Source: Balanoglossus misakiensis (Eukaryota > Animalia > Hemichordata). From it: 64,000 nt of DNA. Under the pieces are notes generated by a model. The model saw only the letters and a list, made by a program, of their open reading frames with translations. It did no database searches and had not been told where the DNA came from. Position 1 is the stretch's first letter. Each line of letters opens with the position of its first letter. The position numbers and the translations under genes are program-made. The stretch covers positions 2,666,001-2,730,000 of the forward strand of contig CM082577.2 in NCBI GenBank assembly GCA_040954595.2, given 5' to 3'. Shown in pieces: positions 10,112 to 25,100 of this stretch.

Positions 10112-13100
10112 ATATGGTCATGTACTTCGGTGTAGACTTTCTTGTGTAATCACTCAATGGGACCACCGTGTCCCTGACGCGATTTTATTTTTCTCAGAAT
10201 TTGAAGTGGAGGTCACAAAACAAATACGGTAGAAGTACATAAAACCTGTAATCTTTATGTGCACAGAGGAGAGAGATTTGGGATATTCCAGAGAATGGAT
10301 GAGCTTTAATTAGAGTTTTCTAGTTCAAGTATCAGGAGGCGTTTTCTCAATTATCTGTCGCCAATTTCAAGACACAGGTGTATAGCAGCTGCAGCCTTAA
10401 TTACAGAATGTGAAATTACCTTTAAACTCTGCATGGCCATTAGACTTGCCTTCAATTCTTAAATCCGGCGGCCAGTGTCCTATCATTATCCAATCCAGTC
10501 ACAATTACGACCATTATTTTCATTAAACTCGAGAAGTTTTGGCTTTGAGGCAATTGTGGGAATAAATGAACTTGGAATTTTCAGTTAACTGGAGAACAAA
10601 AAATCGATGTATCGTAGAGAAAGTGTCTTCAATATCCTGCTATTGTTGTTGTCAGCTCTGCCAGATTACATCTCATTGGTTCCATTAATTTATTCTGTCT
10701 GGCTGGAAATAACCGCCAGTTTACTCTACAGAACAGATGCACTGAAGTGATAATGTTCTGCTGTCCATTCATGCAAGAACTCAACATTTGATAGTCTCCT
10801 CTATATATTCTGAATGAGCCCCACCCTGCAGGATGCCCACGTCACCCCTCTTAAAAACAGAAATCCAAAACAGTGCACTCCACACAAGAACCAAGATTTC
10901 CTCTATAGGGATAGTGCATATTGTGTCCCTAAGTCATTCTGAGAATTTCTAAAAAGTGTTATCTTCGTAAAATTGCAGTTGTCTTACAGTTAAATCTGAA
11001 GTTTAGAACCTGTGTCACACAGGATATTAGCATATGCTAATCGGCCAGAAGGATTTTCTGTCATAATTCTTACTGTTAGAATTCTCAAATTGTGTGTGGC
11101 TTCTCATATGACCCCTTTTAAGCTAATCCCCCAACTGTTCTGCAGTATACAGAATTCGAAGAGACAGTTTCTTCCCATTGAGAAAAATCACAGTTTTGCT
11201 CAAATGACAAATATTGATCCGGTACACTCGATCCATGTAAACAAGCAAGCACTGTGGTATTTACATGTTTTGAAAAAAAACTTCTACAAACATTATTTTC
11301 ACTGTTTGGTGTTATTTGGTAGATTTGTCGGACTTGTGAATCTCGAAACAACAGGAAGAAATGTTCAGTTTACAAACATGTATACAGGTGTGTATATACA
11401 CATATGGCCGTCACCCTTCTCTCATTGTAAATACATCTAGGGCTTGAGGTCCTGGGAAATCCTAAAATCCCGGGGTTGTTTAAAACCACTCCTGGAGAGT
11501 CTGTGAAAGTCCTGGGGGAAAACTTTCCAGGATTGACCCGGATGATGGAAATTTACATGAAGTCATTTTCTGCTGTCATAATGTCAGTAATCATAAACCT
11601 TTTGATAAAAAGTACTAATGCAGTAACGCCTGGCAAGTCGCATTTCTTAATCTCAAAACTCCTGGAAAATCTCCTGGAAATTCTCGGAATTTTGATGACT
11701 GACCTTATGACCTCTGTATACAGTATAAAAGGACACCATGATTGTTACTAATCCTGTAGACCTGAGACTGAACTTGTTATTCTCTGTGTTTAAAATTATC
11801 CATAAAGCAAAAACTATTTTGGCGTATTGCTACATGTTCATGTATAAAAAATAAAATTACATCCAAAAAAAATCAGCAGGGATACTCCAGTGTGTAATTG
11901 TCAAATACACTTTGCCTCTCTTGAGGAAAATTTTCAAACACTAGAAGACGACTTCGTCCAAACTACATGAGAAAATATTATTCCAGTGGATTAAAACTTT
12001 AAAGTGACCGACATGCTCTCACTCCGAGCTAAGCCGTAGCCGGTGTACAAACAAAAACAGAACTGGTGTTCTGAATGAGGTTTTTAGACCGATTGATGCA
12101 AGTGCACTTGACAGCAAACATTCTCGATTGCGTGTTGGAAATAAAGTGGTACTGGTGAATGCGCTGAGTGGGCCAGGAGATCGAGATCCACAGTGATAAG
12201 ATGGGGTGATGCTGCACAAAGTTTGTCAGTGTTGATTGTTCAAGTCTGTGGGCTGAGAAATGTAGATTGCCGGTAATGGTTTCGGATCTCTGACATATTG
12301 GAAAATTGGTTGGATAATAAATGTCTCTTGACTAAGAGAAATGCCTTTTCGCATATCATGCCCATCTAGTCTGCTAACGACAAATTGCATCTGTGAAAAC
12401 GGTGTATGAATTGTGCATCGTTGACATTGGCCTTGTCTAGAATAGTATGTATAAACCTCAGTGTGAAATTGTCAGGGAAACTCGGTTCTCCCTTTCACGG
12501 GTTTTGCATTTGGGAGATTTCTTCTAGTCAAGACACTGACAGGTTGTTGGTCTAGAGGGTATAGTCTTCTACTTTCTACTTGTACTATATTTGGACCAGT
12601 CCCGCCTGCAGGCATAAATGTCAAAACAAAAGAGGCTTTTCAGAATCCGTCACACACGGCTTGTCACACGCACCAATAGCACCACCCAGGCATTTGTGTC
12701 TCCCCCCTCCCCCTGGGGCAGTGGCGGATGATATGGGAGACCAACGCAATCTCTCTGGCAGGCATATCTTACATCACACAGTTGCAGTTGCAGAAACTGA
12801 GTGCAATTTCTTTCTTAGTTTATATGTGGATGTTGTTAGAGAGTGTTCAAGTTTGGGTCAGGATTATAAAAAATATACATTATGTCTCTTCCCCCAAGTA
12901 AACTTGCTGTGGTATAGGCAGAGGAGCCTTGCCTTATTTGGCATCGATAAGATGTTCATGTACATGTATACCTATCAGAAAGCTTATTTAGATGGACCAA
13001 TTCTACGTCATGAATGGTAATGTGTTGGTGGTATTCAAAAGTTGAATGAGTGTGTCAATAGTGTGAGACGCCCCTGAACCCCGACAGTCAGTGTAGTGCC

Positions 13101-16100
13101 CACTGAAGTCTGTCGGATGGAAGGTAAGCTTGGCAGTGACCACTTTCTCAAATGTCAATTTCTCCCTCCTGTAACTTCTTGGTCGACAGATCGTCGTGGA
13201 AACACAGAAGCCCTGGCATCAATGTTCCGGCCTGTCTGGATGGTATGATAAGCTCTCTCCTATCCTAAATGAAATTCTGTTTGAAAGTTATTTACCTGTG
13301 TTTGAGAGTGGCTTAATTTGCACTAGGGGATGGTTGCTTCGGTATTTATTTGCATTTAGGTAGACTGTTAATTAAATGGGGTTTGTTTGTCCAATTGTGG
13401 TTTGTTCCTTTCCACGTACAGAAGAGTGAATCATCTATGCCCTCAGGGTTCTTTTCAGTCCTGCATGTTGGTAGCCATTGTGTTGATGGTCAAGACAGTA
13501 TTTTTTCACCAAATCGAGAAATATCCTACATGTGCTTTTCATTTGCAGTTTGTGTTTGCAAGAAACCAATATCTTAAACTTGAAGATACATGTAAAAGCT
13601 TGCTAACTGAGCTCTGTCTAAAGTGACTTGCCATTGTTGCACTTGTCAGTAGGAAACAACAAAATTCTTTTCTTTTCTCATTGTGCAGGATGTTTTTACA
13701 CAAATATTAAGTCAGCCTCTTTGATCAACTGAGGGCCCTTGGTTTTTATTTTGTCGTGAAATTTTCTGACAATGCACTGTTTATCTTAACCAGAAAATAG
13801 TTGTTGTTTTTTCTGCTCCAGGGTAAATACTGACAGGCTGACTGATTATGTCAGACGCCCTCTGATAGCATTTAGCATAGTGATAGTCTATACATTGTCA
13901 TTTTCATCCAATGTTCAGTTATCACCAGACATAATAATTAACAAAGTGGTATTAAAATGTGAGACCACGGGTAAAGTGTGAAAGAAAACAAACTTTCAAA
14001 AGACCCATTGTCTTATAATTACTGGGGAATGTTGTGATTCCATGACTTTATCTTCGCTTAATTGGTACTTCCTGATTTGGAGAAGTGAGTGCTAATTGAA
14101 GGTGGTAATTGGTTGTAATCTAACCCTGAGGTAAAGCAAATGTTTGCCTAATAATAATCCCTTGATTAAAGAAGTCTACAAACAAAACCTGCAGGGTCAT
14201 ATGTGAAGGGTCACCCCTCCTTACCTGGACATCTAGGGTATTTCTTGGTGCCTGGGACTAGTGGGAGATGAGAGGAGCAACTGGACACTTTTCCGAGGCA
14301 GACTCTCCCAAGTTTCATTGCAAGATTGTCATCTATCTTTCTTACAATTTGTAAACGGGAACGGGAAAGTGTGGTTTCAAGTGACTCTCAATTTAGAGGC
14401 TCCGAATCATTTGTGTCTATATTCTGATAAATAATCTTGCTTATCATATCAAGTTCTCATGACAATATTCTGAATTATCCAGTGTTTCAAACACTGATGT
14501 ATTGCAACCTTGAAATAAATTTATCTGGAAATAATCCGGAAAAAAAATACAAACTGCAAATTGTCTGGGATTAAGTATTTATAGCACTCATTCATCAAAT
14601 TTCTGGCTTCATCAGCGAGTCGAATTTCTGAAGCAGATTGGTGAAGTGATCAAAAATTAATGGGAAGGAAAACAGGGAAATAAGAGAAATGTTAATGAGA
14701 TCATCTGTTGCTTTCGGACAACCCCGGTGACACAACTGTGGGACAGGAAAGACAAAGTGGATGTTATGGATGGTTTGTGGAGGAAGTTCCTTTCAGAAAG
14801 CCATTATAAAAAAACAGCAATATTCTTGCACCTTGTGTCTCGTTCTGAGATGAACGGTGCTTTCTAAATTGTTTTGGTGGACACAAAGGAAGGAAGTGGA
14901 TCATTTTTTCTGCATTACAATCTCATGAGAATAATGGTGCACTTCCCCTGTTATCGTTTTTTTTTCTAAATCGCCAGTGGATGTCTGATACTTGACTTCC
15001 GGCGATCACAGGTACTACAAGAAATTTCATCATCATGAATATTTTAATAGACAGTAGATAAGCGTTTTTCAATTTCGCTCCAAGGAGAATTTTTCGGTCC
15101 CAGTTTATGAGCCCTGTGGATATCTTTGTACACATGCTGCGAAATCAACAAGTTTTGATGCTGATACCGATATCAGCTGAGGAACTTTTTCTTTTCTTTT
15201 ATTGCCTCACCTCTTGGTTTGTCTCAAACCGTGACCTTGCTCCTGACATCGTGTGGCCATTCTTTTTGCCAGGTGATGCAGAAAACAAAGGAAAGAGAAA
15301 AAAAGCTCTCAGGCCTGAATAATTTTCCCCAAATCCCTCTCGCTATGAGCCGTACCCATTGTTTTTATTGCTACGTGACCACTTTATTGATCTTTCGGTT
15401 CCCATTATAGCCGTCTGCACTACTCGTCCAAACTAAGGGGGCCAGAATTAGGCTCCATCAATATGCGCCCATTGTGTGCCGTCAGACAACTGATGGGTGA
15501 AAGCCAAACAGCGTGGTAGAATAGAAACGTTTGCTTGTAGTATTTCCCACTCCGGAGAGACCACACATGTGATGTTTTGATGGGAGAAAATACCTAAACA
15601 GCATCAGAGTGGATTTGGGGTCAGTCGCCGGGCACCGGTCAGAGCTTAAGCTCAGGAAGAAGTTTTAGTTCTTTAACTGTTGCCTTCAGAAGGAGCCAAT
15701 TGTTTCACCCCAGGGGATTTCGGAAGCTGGTGCAATGGCCTTCCTTTTGTCGCCGTTTTATTATTTAATCAATGAAGAGCGGGGAAGTACAGTCTCACAA
15801 GAAAGTCACTAATCTGTGGTGAGTTCGGACATAGAACCAGTGTGCATTATCATCACAGCCATGCAGTGTTGAGACATCGCAGGGACAGGTTTATACCACA
15901 GTGTTAAGAGACCTGGAGATACCAAGCCTGACCCCTGTACCCTGCCCTGTGGCGCTACATGTGTACTACACATCTGGGGGAATCACTCAACTGGAATTCT
16001 CATAACAGACGACAAAAAGACACTTTCTCACCACTGCCAAACTATAGCTACCCAAAGACGGTTTTTCCCGCCACAGATGCGTGTGTGATTTTCAGCGCAA

Positions 16101-19100
16101 CAGCGATATTGTTAGAGAGATATGGGAGATATGATGAAGAAAAGCTGGGTTTCCAGAGCCATGACGGCATCGCAGGGCGAAGACTGGAAACAGTTTCGAC
16201 GTTCCAGTCTCACCCTGTGCAAGGGACTCTTGCAGGAGCTTTCCGAGTGCTGCGGGGGTCTTCAGATGAGTCTCCAAGAATCCAATTCCGGTAATCAACT
16301 TTTTTTCCTTTCTGTTTTCTTTTTCTGTTGATGCTGGATCTTTCCCCCACTGTGGTACTGACACGTTGGAACTTTTGATATTTCCGGAAAACTGAACCAA
16401 CCAAGTCAGATGTGGTGATTTTGCACACTGAAATTTTTGTGTGACTTCTGTGGAAAACAGAAACACTTTTTTGTGTCCAATATAATCCTCTGGCCCTTCA
16501 TCTCTGTTTCTCCCCCCCCCCCCTGATTTCTAAATGTTAAGTTGTCGTATTTTGGTGTCTAAAGAAAAAAAAATGAATACTTAAAATTTCTTACATAATT
16601 TTGAAACCACCTGTTGATTGCGCATGCATCCAGGCAGTTTGATGTCAGTAGGTAACAGTGTTCAGATTTTTTTTTGCGGTTGACAATTAAGCACCACATA
16701 TGCCCCTTGTTCCAAAATATATTTTCCTATGATTTTAAAGATCTGAAAAAGACCACACTTTACATGTACCGGTATGTATCATCGGTATGGACACAGTCAC
16801 TGTGTGGAGCGACTGTGGTATGGACCATATTCCAAGCAGACAGTGAATTTGACTGTATACACATGTCTCTCACAATGTCCATGCATGGTTTGTCTGGATT
16901 CAAAGATGCCGCCCATTCTAAAACAAATTCACCACTTGAGGGACAATTCTTTCTTTATGCTCACGGGAGCTTGAAAACGTTTCACACACTTTCTCCTTTG
17001 TTATGCAGCTCTCTTTTGAAAAAAAGAAAGTCTAATTAAAGAATTGTGTGTACAAACAGGGCCATAAATTACCTGTTGGGTGTTGGAAACTTTGTTACGT
17101 TGCCATGGAACTTTAAAGAAAGAAGAGGGAGGTGGTGATCGTTGGCCAGTGGGCCCTCTGGAAAAATCTGCTTCTTCTGTATCGTAGTTCATAGTGGAAT
17201 TGACTGGATTATGCGGCAGCTGGCTGCCTTAGCAGCAAGGTCTCTCTGATTGTTGGTTTGTTCATATTCCAAGTTTGAGGGAAAACTCTTCTGTGTGTAG
17301 TGGGTCAGTCTTGCATGGATTTTTTAAATTTGCATGAATGTGTTTTCTCTGTGAACATCCATTCAGGTGTCACAATACATAAGTGTAGGAAGATGACTGC
17401 AAGGTCTTTGCCTGACCATACACCATATATGAATTATGGTATCCCAACCTAGATTCTCCATAGTTCAAAAAATGGAAAATGCAAAGAAAGTAGCAAATTC
17501 AGTTGTATTATATTTTAACAGATCTCGTGCAGTTGTCATGCCAACATCCAAAAGCAAACTTATGAATAAAATATGATCACATTGGTTGCTTTCCTTTAGG
17601 TGTCGACTGCAGATGCTACATGATAATATCAATAAATTTATTTGATCTGAAGATTACAAAGTGTTTTCAGCGCGCAGTTGATCGCAGTTTCTTGAATATT
17701 TAATTTACCCGGAAGAGGTGGTTGCAAATGAAATTATGACAGATGAGAGCCTTGCAAAGTTAACATTTACATCGGAGTCAGAGACAGGGTTTTAATATTT
17801 GAAGGAATGCAGCCATGGGCACATTAGCAGGGTGTCGTCATGGTAACAGAACCTGTTTTCTCAAAGCCCTTTATGCTGCAAAAGATGTGAATTGAGTTAT
17901 GATTTTAGCGGCGCTCATATCATTTGGTGACCAAGAGACCCAGTTCCTTGTTCATAGTTTGATGTGGGATGAAGACAATATCGATGTCAGCTGATGTAAT
18001 GAGTGTTCCTATTGGGTGCAAATGACAAAATCTCACTTTCTAATGATATATGTTGATCATCCGTTTTATTGTAACAAAACTTCACTAAAATCCCCTGCAA
18101 TTTTTTTCAATCTCTTACTCTTTGTGAGCCATACTGACACTTCCCTTGATGCAATATTCCATTTGTAATTTCAACCTGTTTTTGAGTTGTATATAAGACC
18201 ACACAACACCCACCTTAATTTAATTCTCACAAAGCTAACAAGAATCTGTCATGACACTGGTGCTTTTTCATCACACTTTTAATATACAAGACAGTTTCAA
18301 AGCCATATGTTTCTGTGGCTTGGGTTGATCTCCTATAATTGATGTTCGATTCATGGTCTGTCCTACATTTCAGACACTACAAACTCTGCCAATCAAATAT
18401 TAATCACACTGTCAGTGGCACGTATTGCCCCGTACGGCGTTGGTTTCTCCGAACCATATTGTTCAGTTTTCGTGTCACACAAAATGTCCTTTTACTCACA
18501 TCAATTCTATTAAAAGTGTGATGAAAAAACACCAATGTCATGACAGATTCTTGTTAGCTTTGTGAGAATTAAAATGAAGGTGGGTGTTGAGTGGTCTTGA
18601 ATACAAGAGGAAGTTTACACAGTGAGATCTAAAATATTTATCACATGTACGTAAAGTTGTTGCTCAAAATTGATTTAGCCACCTGTTGTTTTAACTTTTA
18701 TCCAAATATTTCTGAAAGATTGGCTGTACATGATATCATAAAACAATATTGCACCATTGATCAGGTTGGCACATAAATCAGAATTTTACATCAAAATACA
18801 AAATTAATACATTGTAATATGTTGTTTTTTTATTATCTAAATTTCACTGATGATTCTGTCTTTGGGCAGCTTTTTGTGGTTGGTAGGCGTCGAATGAAAC
18901 TCTTCTCAAAACAAGAGGGAGCTGGATAGTGCTGCGAGTCACATGTCCATGCATCATGTCTATAAAGACACTCACCAAGACTTTGTCTTTCGCACAATAA
19001 ACACTAACAATTGTCACACTGTCAATCCACCCACTCGAAGGAACCACAACCCAATTTAGCTAATCAGATTATGCAAATGAACCCTGGCTTTGTTTCGGTC

Positions 19101-22100
19101 CACGTTTTCAATGCGGTGGTGTAGAATTTGTCGTAATTGTTGTGTACTTTTGCTTTTATTGACTCGTTCTGCCGACGACTGCCAATATTTAACCTGTCCG
19201 CAACCATAGAATGGTTCAGTCCTGTTGTTTTCTAGCATTTGGTTGGACCAATACACTGGGAAAGTGGGAGTGAAATCAGTATGGGTTCATTCACCAGGTA
19301 CACAGGCCAAAAACTGCCATCAAACTGCAGTGAGGCCTTTTTCGATTTCCTGTATGGAGTAAAAAAGTCTCACTGAACTTGAAAATGTGACTCAGAAAAT
19401 TTACCAACAGACAACCTAATTATAGGTTGCCAGGTCATCAACATGGTTGCCCTAGCAGTCAGAAACAATGCTAGAGAAAGGCTGACGAAGCCTGCAACAA
19501 CAGACTACGGTATACCCAAAGGTGATGACGTGTGTGCTTGTAATGGACCATAGCCCGAGTCCCATCCATCACAGTTCGAGTCACACGCACCATTTCCATT
19601 GTGATGGACACTTCCCCAGGTGAAAAAACTGCCCGGCGATCAGCATCAATCGCCGGCGAGCGACAGATGTTATCATAACCAGAGGCAGACGTTTAACGAC
19701 TTCTTTGTACCAGGTGTAAATTACGCAGAGAAAACCAATCCATCGCAACCAGACCGACCATTCCCCCAACACTCTGGTGTCATCTTTCCTCTTTTCTGCT
19801 GTTTTTGGGGGGAGACCTCCGGACCCCAAATGTTGTTGTTTTGGCTTGTACAAACACTTTTGGATGTGCAAACATGGGCACTGTTTTTCAGAGCACATTA
19901 TCCGTATACTTGTACGGATCACGAGCGAACACGCCAGTTTCACATTTACAACTGAAAGGTCCATGCCCTCGCTTGTTGGTATTCTCTGTACAAGGATACA
20001 GTGTTAACAAGTTATAAAGAAGGTCTTTCACTCTCCTTTCACAGGTACATGACATATATTTTTTCCGGAGGTGAAGAACACCACGGTCAACGTTTTAATG
20101 TGATGGTTACACAGACCGACAAAATTCCACACTTTGCGCTTGCTTTGTCTGGTTTTACAATAGTCCCACGTCGCTTTTTAAATGTGTCATTTCCATGTTT
20201 ACACGGTCAATGTCTTGTTTCCGTTCGTTCACTGCCCCAGGGGAATTTGCTTTCAGTGTTGCCACAGACTATCGTAAGGAAATGATCGTGAACTGTGCAA
20301 AGTCAGCCATGAAATGTTGAATTTCGTCAGATGGTGCAGTTCATTTCTGTCAAAGATGCAAAAAGTAATATTCAAAGACGTTTTTTTTCTTCTAAAATTT
20401 AAATGTCTATCCATTCACACCATTATTTGCCAACTTTTATTGCTGTGGTCATCTTGGAAGAGACAATTTTCACAGTTCAGTGGTTGTTATTAGAGGAAAC
20501 TCTGTTTTATGCGTTTGTTTGTGGTCAATAACACGGACATCCTCTATATGGTTTTGTAAACTGACGTCAATTACGCTGTCGAACAGGTATTATAAAAAAT
20601 TTACAAAACAACATCTGGTTCTTTTTTACTTTTTTTTAATAGCAAATTAATTTTTTTAGCAATGGTTGAATTTGGCAGAGCCAGCTGGTCAAATTTTTAA
20701 AGTGAAATACTGTCAGTTTTGAATTTTTTCATGATTTTATCTTGAAAGGGAAATTTTAACAGTTCGATGTCATACAAACTAGCTTTTTACTGTAAAATAT
20801 TATTGTGTCATGTTTTGTCATTTATACGTTCCAACTTGTTCACGGTCCCTTGGCCATCCAAAGAGCGAATACGCTCCATTGAAATCCATATTGAATGAAA
20901 TTCCTTTGATCATTGAACCATATTTGCTTCCTAAAAGTATCAATTTTCATGCGTGAAATATTCCATATTGTACAAGTCTGTAAAACGATGCCGCGCTGCA
21001 TGAAATGGTGTTTTGATCAAGTAGTTTCTGCTGCTAAATGGCCACGGGGAACTACTGTTATTTTGTTCTGTGTATAGTGAGCATAACACGCACTTCACCT
21101 GAAATTTTCCTCTCTGTGAAAATTGTTTTTCTTCCATTACAGATGTTCGCAGAATGACTGAATCTGCACAAACAGAGCCAGGCACTTGTCATGTTGTCTA
21201 GCTCTCTTATTTGCATACTTCTATACATGATAAAATGGAACTGTTTCAATATCATGGATTATTGACATGTGACCTGATGAGCTGTACGCTTTCCACTTCT
21301 ATGCCTCAAGATTCTAATTCCAACAATTCTACTAATTGTGCAAATTAATCCCTCAATAATAAATGAAACGACGATAAAGTTCCAAATTTCTATTCTGGCC
21401 AGTTATCAGTGATCCAGTTCAGTTTGATTCCACTTGTTTTCCAGCTGATTGCATTCATTAAATATTTAAATGTATTAAAAGCCGGCATTGCTGTACTTGG
21501 GTGACACGCTGGCATTGGCAGTGTGACTTTCTGAAGCGGCCAAAGTAATATTGATCTATGCCACTTGAAAATCATTCATTGGTCCCCATGGACCAAAGTC
21601 CTAACGGACTGATAGATTGCCCTCTGTCCAGTCGTGTGTCCTTCTGGAGCCATTATTTCTCAGACATGTCTGGACCGATTTCATTCGCCCATATATATGC
21701 ATGGTATCATGAAATTGCAATGCCTCGTTTGTGAAGGTTTCCATTATCTTAAAACATTTATCTTACCAATTCCCGTAAATATAGGGATAACGTTTAAATA
21801 AGCATCATCATTTTCACAAATTCGCTTATTCAGAAAAGAAGAAAAAACCTGGACCATTGCTTTTAAAATATTTAACTCACAGAACAGCTTTCAAAGTAAT
21901 TGATGCAGGTATAACCATGGTTCTTTTGATCGATTCAGATCATTTCCCCCACGTTAGTGGGATTGTTGTCTGGCTCCATAATTGTGCCGAGAAATCCATT
22001 AAAATTCTATGGAATCTGTAGAAATTGTTGGTTATGGCTTGTCTGTCACCATGGCACAATCGGGAGTACTTTGTTCCAAGTTTAATTGTCTGAAATATAT

Positions 22101-25100
22101 GAGTTGACTGAGCTATACAAGGCTTTTTATAATCCTTAATAGCCGGCTGCATCATCAAATATTAAAAAACAACATGAATCAGGTAAATTTTTAATGACTC
22201 TTACTTTGTATTTGCTTTTATCTTTGATATGTATACACTTGTAACTTTTGTCTGTTTTCTGAACTGCATTAAGAGCGTGTTTCATAAAGATGTTAATAGG
22301 ATGCCATGTTAAAAGTCTGATCCTGTTTCAGTACATGCAGCGGGTTCGAGTTGCTGGCGGACAATTAAACATTTGTTTTTGTTTTGACTTGCCCCAGGTG
22401 ATCCTTTCGAGGCATATTACACAACCAGTTTTGTCTTTGTCGAGATCTTTTTTATTTACTATCTGTTTTGGAGATTGCTGCCATATCAACGATTGTGCGT
22501 GTGATTCTGATTCAGTCCTTGGGAAAACGTCTCCGAGTATCAAAGATCTGTGTATTAAGTCTTTCTCCGATTGTTTACGCCTGGTTGCCCGGAGATGAGC
22601 AGATTCCTTGCGGGGTGCTTCAGTGTCAAGGTGCGCCGTGTGGGTGCCACGTTTTCCCATGACATCATTGACTATCGACTGCACAAACTAATGAGGTCAT
22701 CACAAGTGGGCTTTCTCTGGTAATGAGTGGCTGTACTACCCTAAATGGACGGTGTTACCGGTGCTTAATTTGCCCTTAGATGTACTGAACAGTTGGTATT
22801 TTGGGATAGAATGAAACTATGGTAACTCCTTGCCAACTGCTTAGCAGTAGCGTGAAAAAAAGCAAGGTGAACCCCCCCCCCCCTCTCACACATACACACA
22901 ATCAGACATGTGTTAAAGTTTTAAGAGAAAAAAATATTTTTTTTGTCCAAACTCCCTTAAATTGATTCTTCAAAGTCATGACGGCCCACACAGAAGTGAA
23001 TGACTCAGTGGTGACATTGTCAGGCAAAGAATAAAAATTTCCAGCACATTTGGTTCTGTACATCTGAATCAGCGAACACGGTTGGTCAGTCGACTATGGA
23101 ATTTCTCTAAGATTTGTTAAGAATTTCTTCATTTAGCCTCCATGCATCTCTCTTGAATGCTTTTGTGGGATTCATATTTTTCCTTGAGAAAAAGAAACTT
23201 TTTTTTTTCAATGCAGGAGGAGTTTTATCCTTCTTTTTCTTCCCGTCTCCCAGTTTGTATAAAATGTCGTTGCACTGAACTTGCCCCTCACCTCACCTTT
23301 CATTTGGTCATTGACATTGAGTGGAAACAATGGCTCGGTAATGTGTCAATTCCTGTTGTATGTTTTGGCCTCGGGTTTCCCCGGGTCTGCAAACAGCCAC
23401 CCTTGTTCAGCTATGGGCGGTCACCCTTATGCCCAGAGGGGTTTGCCATCATCAAAGCCAGGGTCACTCCATATCGGAAAGAATGGCAAGGTTTCGGTGA
23501 ATGCCGGACTTCCACTGGAATCTGTTGTGTTGTCTTAAGTCTCATTGTACACCCGGAATGCAGGGTGATCTGTTGGCTTTCTCGGTTTAAATTAAAAGTA
23601 AAATTGACAGAGGTTCTGGTTGGGGATTATGATGTCGTTTGGGAAGATATTGTCCCCATGTGCTGGTGTGTGTTTGCCCATGTGTTTGAGCATCCATAGA
23701 AGAGTGTTTACACCACATGTGCCAGGTTTGTTGAGGTCTGTCAACAACCTGGTCATGATAAAGCATGCGCAGAGCCAAACCACTGTTAGAGAACCAAATC
23801 GCTAAAGCATATAACAAGCACTGTTACACCTGCTTGCTGACTTTGCATTCTTGCTTAGATTTTCATCCATTGGATAGAAGAAAACACCTGATGATCATTA
23901 CAAGTCTCTTACACCGGACAAATTTCATACGCCCAGAAAAGAATGTGAAAGTCTTTTCCCAAGGAGTTTTGGCCAAGATCAGCTTTAAATTTCAAAGTAC
24001 CAGGTACCACGTGTCTTGAAAGAGAAAGTTATATTGGCATGCCAGTGACGTACATGATTGAAATGTTATTTCTAGGAGCGCTTTGAGCTTCAGAGGTTAA
24101 CAGAGCCATGACCAGTTCTGTAGCAAATATAATAGTTCCACTTATACTCAGCTGACAGTTTTATTCGTATCGTTTCTCAGAGGCCTGCGAACATCAGAGG
24201 ATTCGGGGTTTGTCCAAACTTGAATGTGGAGTTTGTGTATTAAGAAAAGCTGTGATGACTTGTCAGAGTCATTATCCGGGGAAAGAAAGAAAAAGTAAAC
24301 ATTGAAGGTCACTGGTAAAATTCACAGTGATATTGAAAACTAGAAAGATCCCATAAACGGTGGACTGTTCAAAATCAACATTAAGAACTAAGGGAAGGAT
24401 TATAGTGTTTTTTTCTCTCCAAGTGAAATGCATCAGATATTGTAATAGTTTTGTGACTTTTTATCAGACTGAAAATGGAGTGAAGAAAAGAAAAGTTCTG
24501 CAAACAATGTTCGATTGTGATCGGATTTAGGAATTTCAATGCTGGTACTCTAATAACAAATTAAGTTGAACTGGGTGTATTTTTTTTCTCTAATCCAAAA
24601 CCTTTATCTGAGGTCATCGTTGTGTTTGTTCAGCCACAGTGCCAATAAGAGTGTCTGAGAATGTGAGCGGGGTGGGCCTGGCACTTCAAAAGATGTGGTT
24701 GCCATCCACCCCCCTTTTCTCTTTAGATTTCCTCCGTTCCGACGATTTTTCCACAGTGTGTGAGTTTGCTATGAGCCGCGAAGTTAATCGACGGAGGAAG
24801 GGTCTATTTTAAATTAAAGGTTGGTGAGGATCTTCATCACGGTTTGCAAATTGTGGAGATTGGTTTGCACTTCAGCATTTTTTGCATTCATGGAAATTTT
24901 TGTTGTGGAATGTCAAGGTTTTTGTTCTGTGTATCCTCTAGCTACGCTTTCTTGTTCTACTCTCTACAACATGTGATTCAGCTTGTCATATACAGATGTA
25001 TACCGGTACATATAACCAGCAAAGATTTGTTGACAGTTGAATTTTGGTCCGGGCAGAAATTAAAATGTCAACAAAAGCATCACACTTTCCACTGTATATA

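Noticed and set aside
13117-13242. Micro first exon ATGGAAG|GTAAGC (phase 1) and a following 53-nt exon
   Set aside because: Two codons are too little evidence, and the 53-nt segment ends in phase 0, which does not fit the 40759 acceptor.
19581-20285. Cluster of overlapping ORFs as a nested gene
   Set aside because: No recognisable domain, no phase-consistent splice chain, and composition typical of chance ORFs.
23157-23817. 180 aa ORF and neighbours as a nested gene or transposase
   Set aside because: No transposase, RT or other motifs, and no supporting exon structure.
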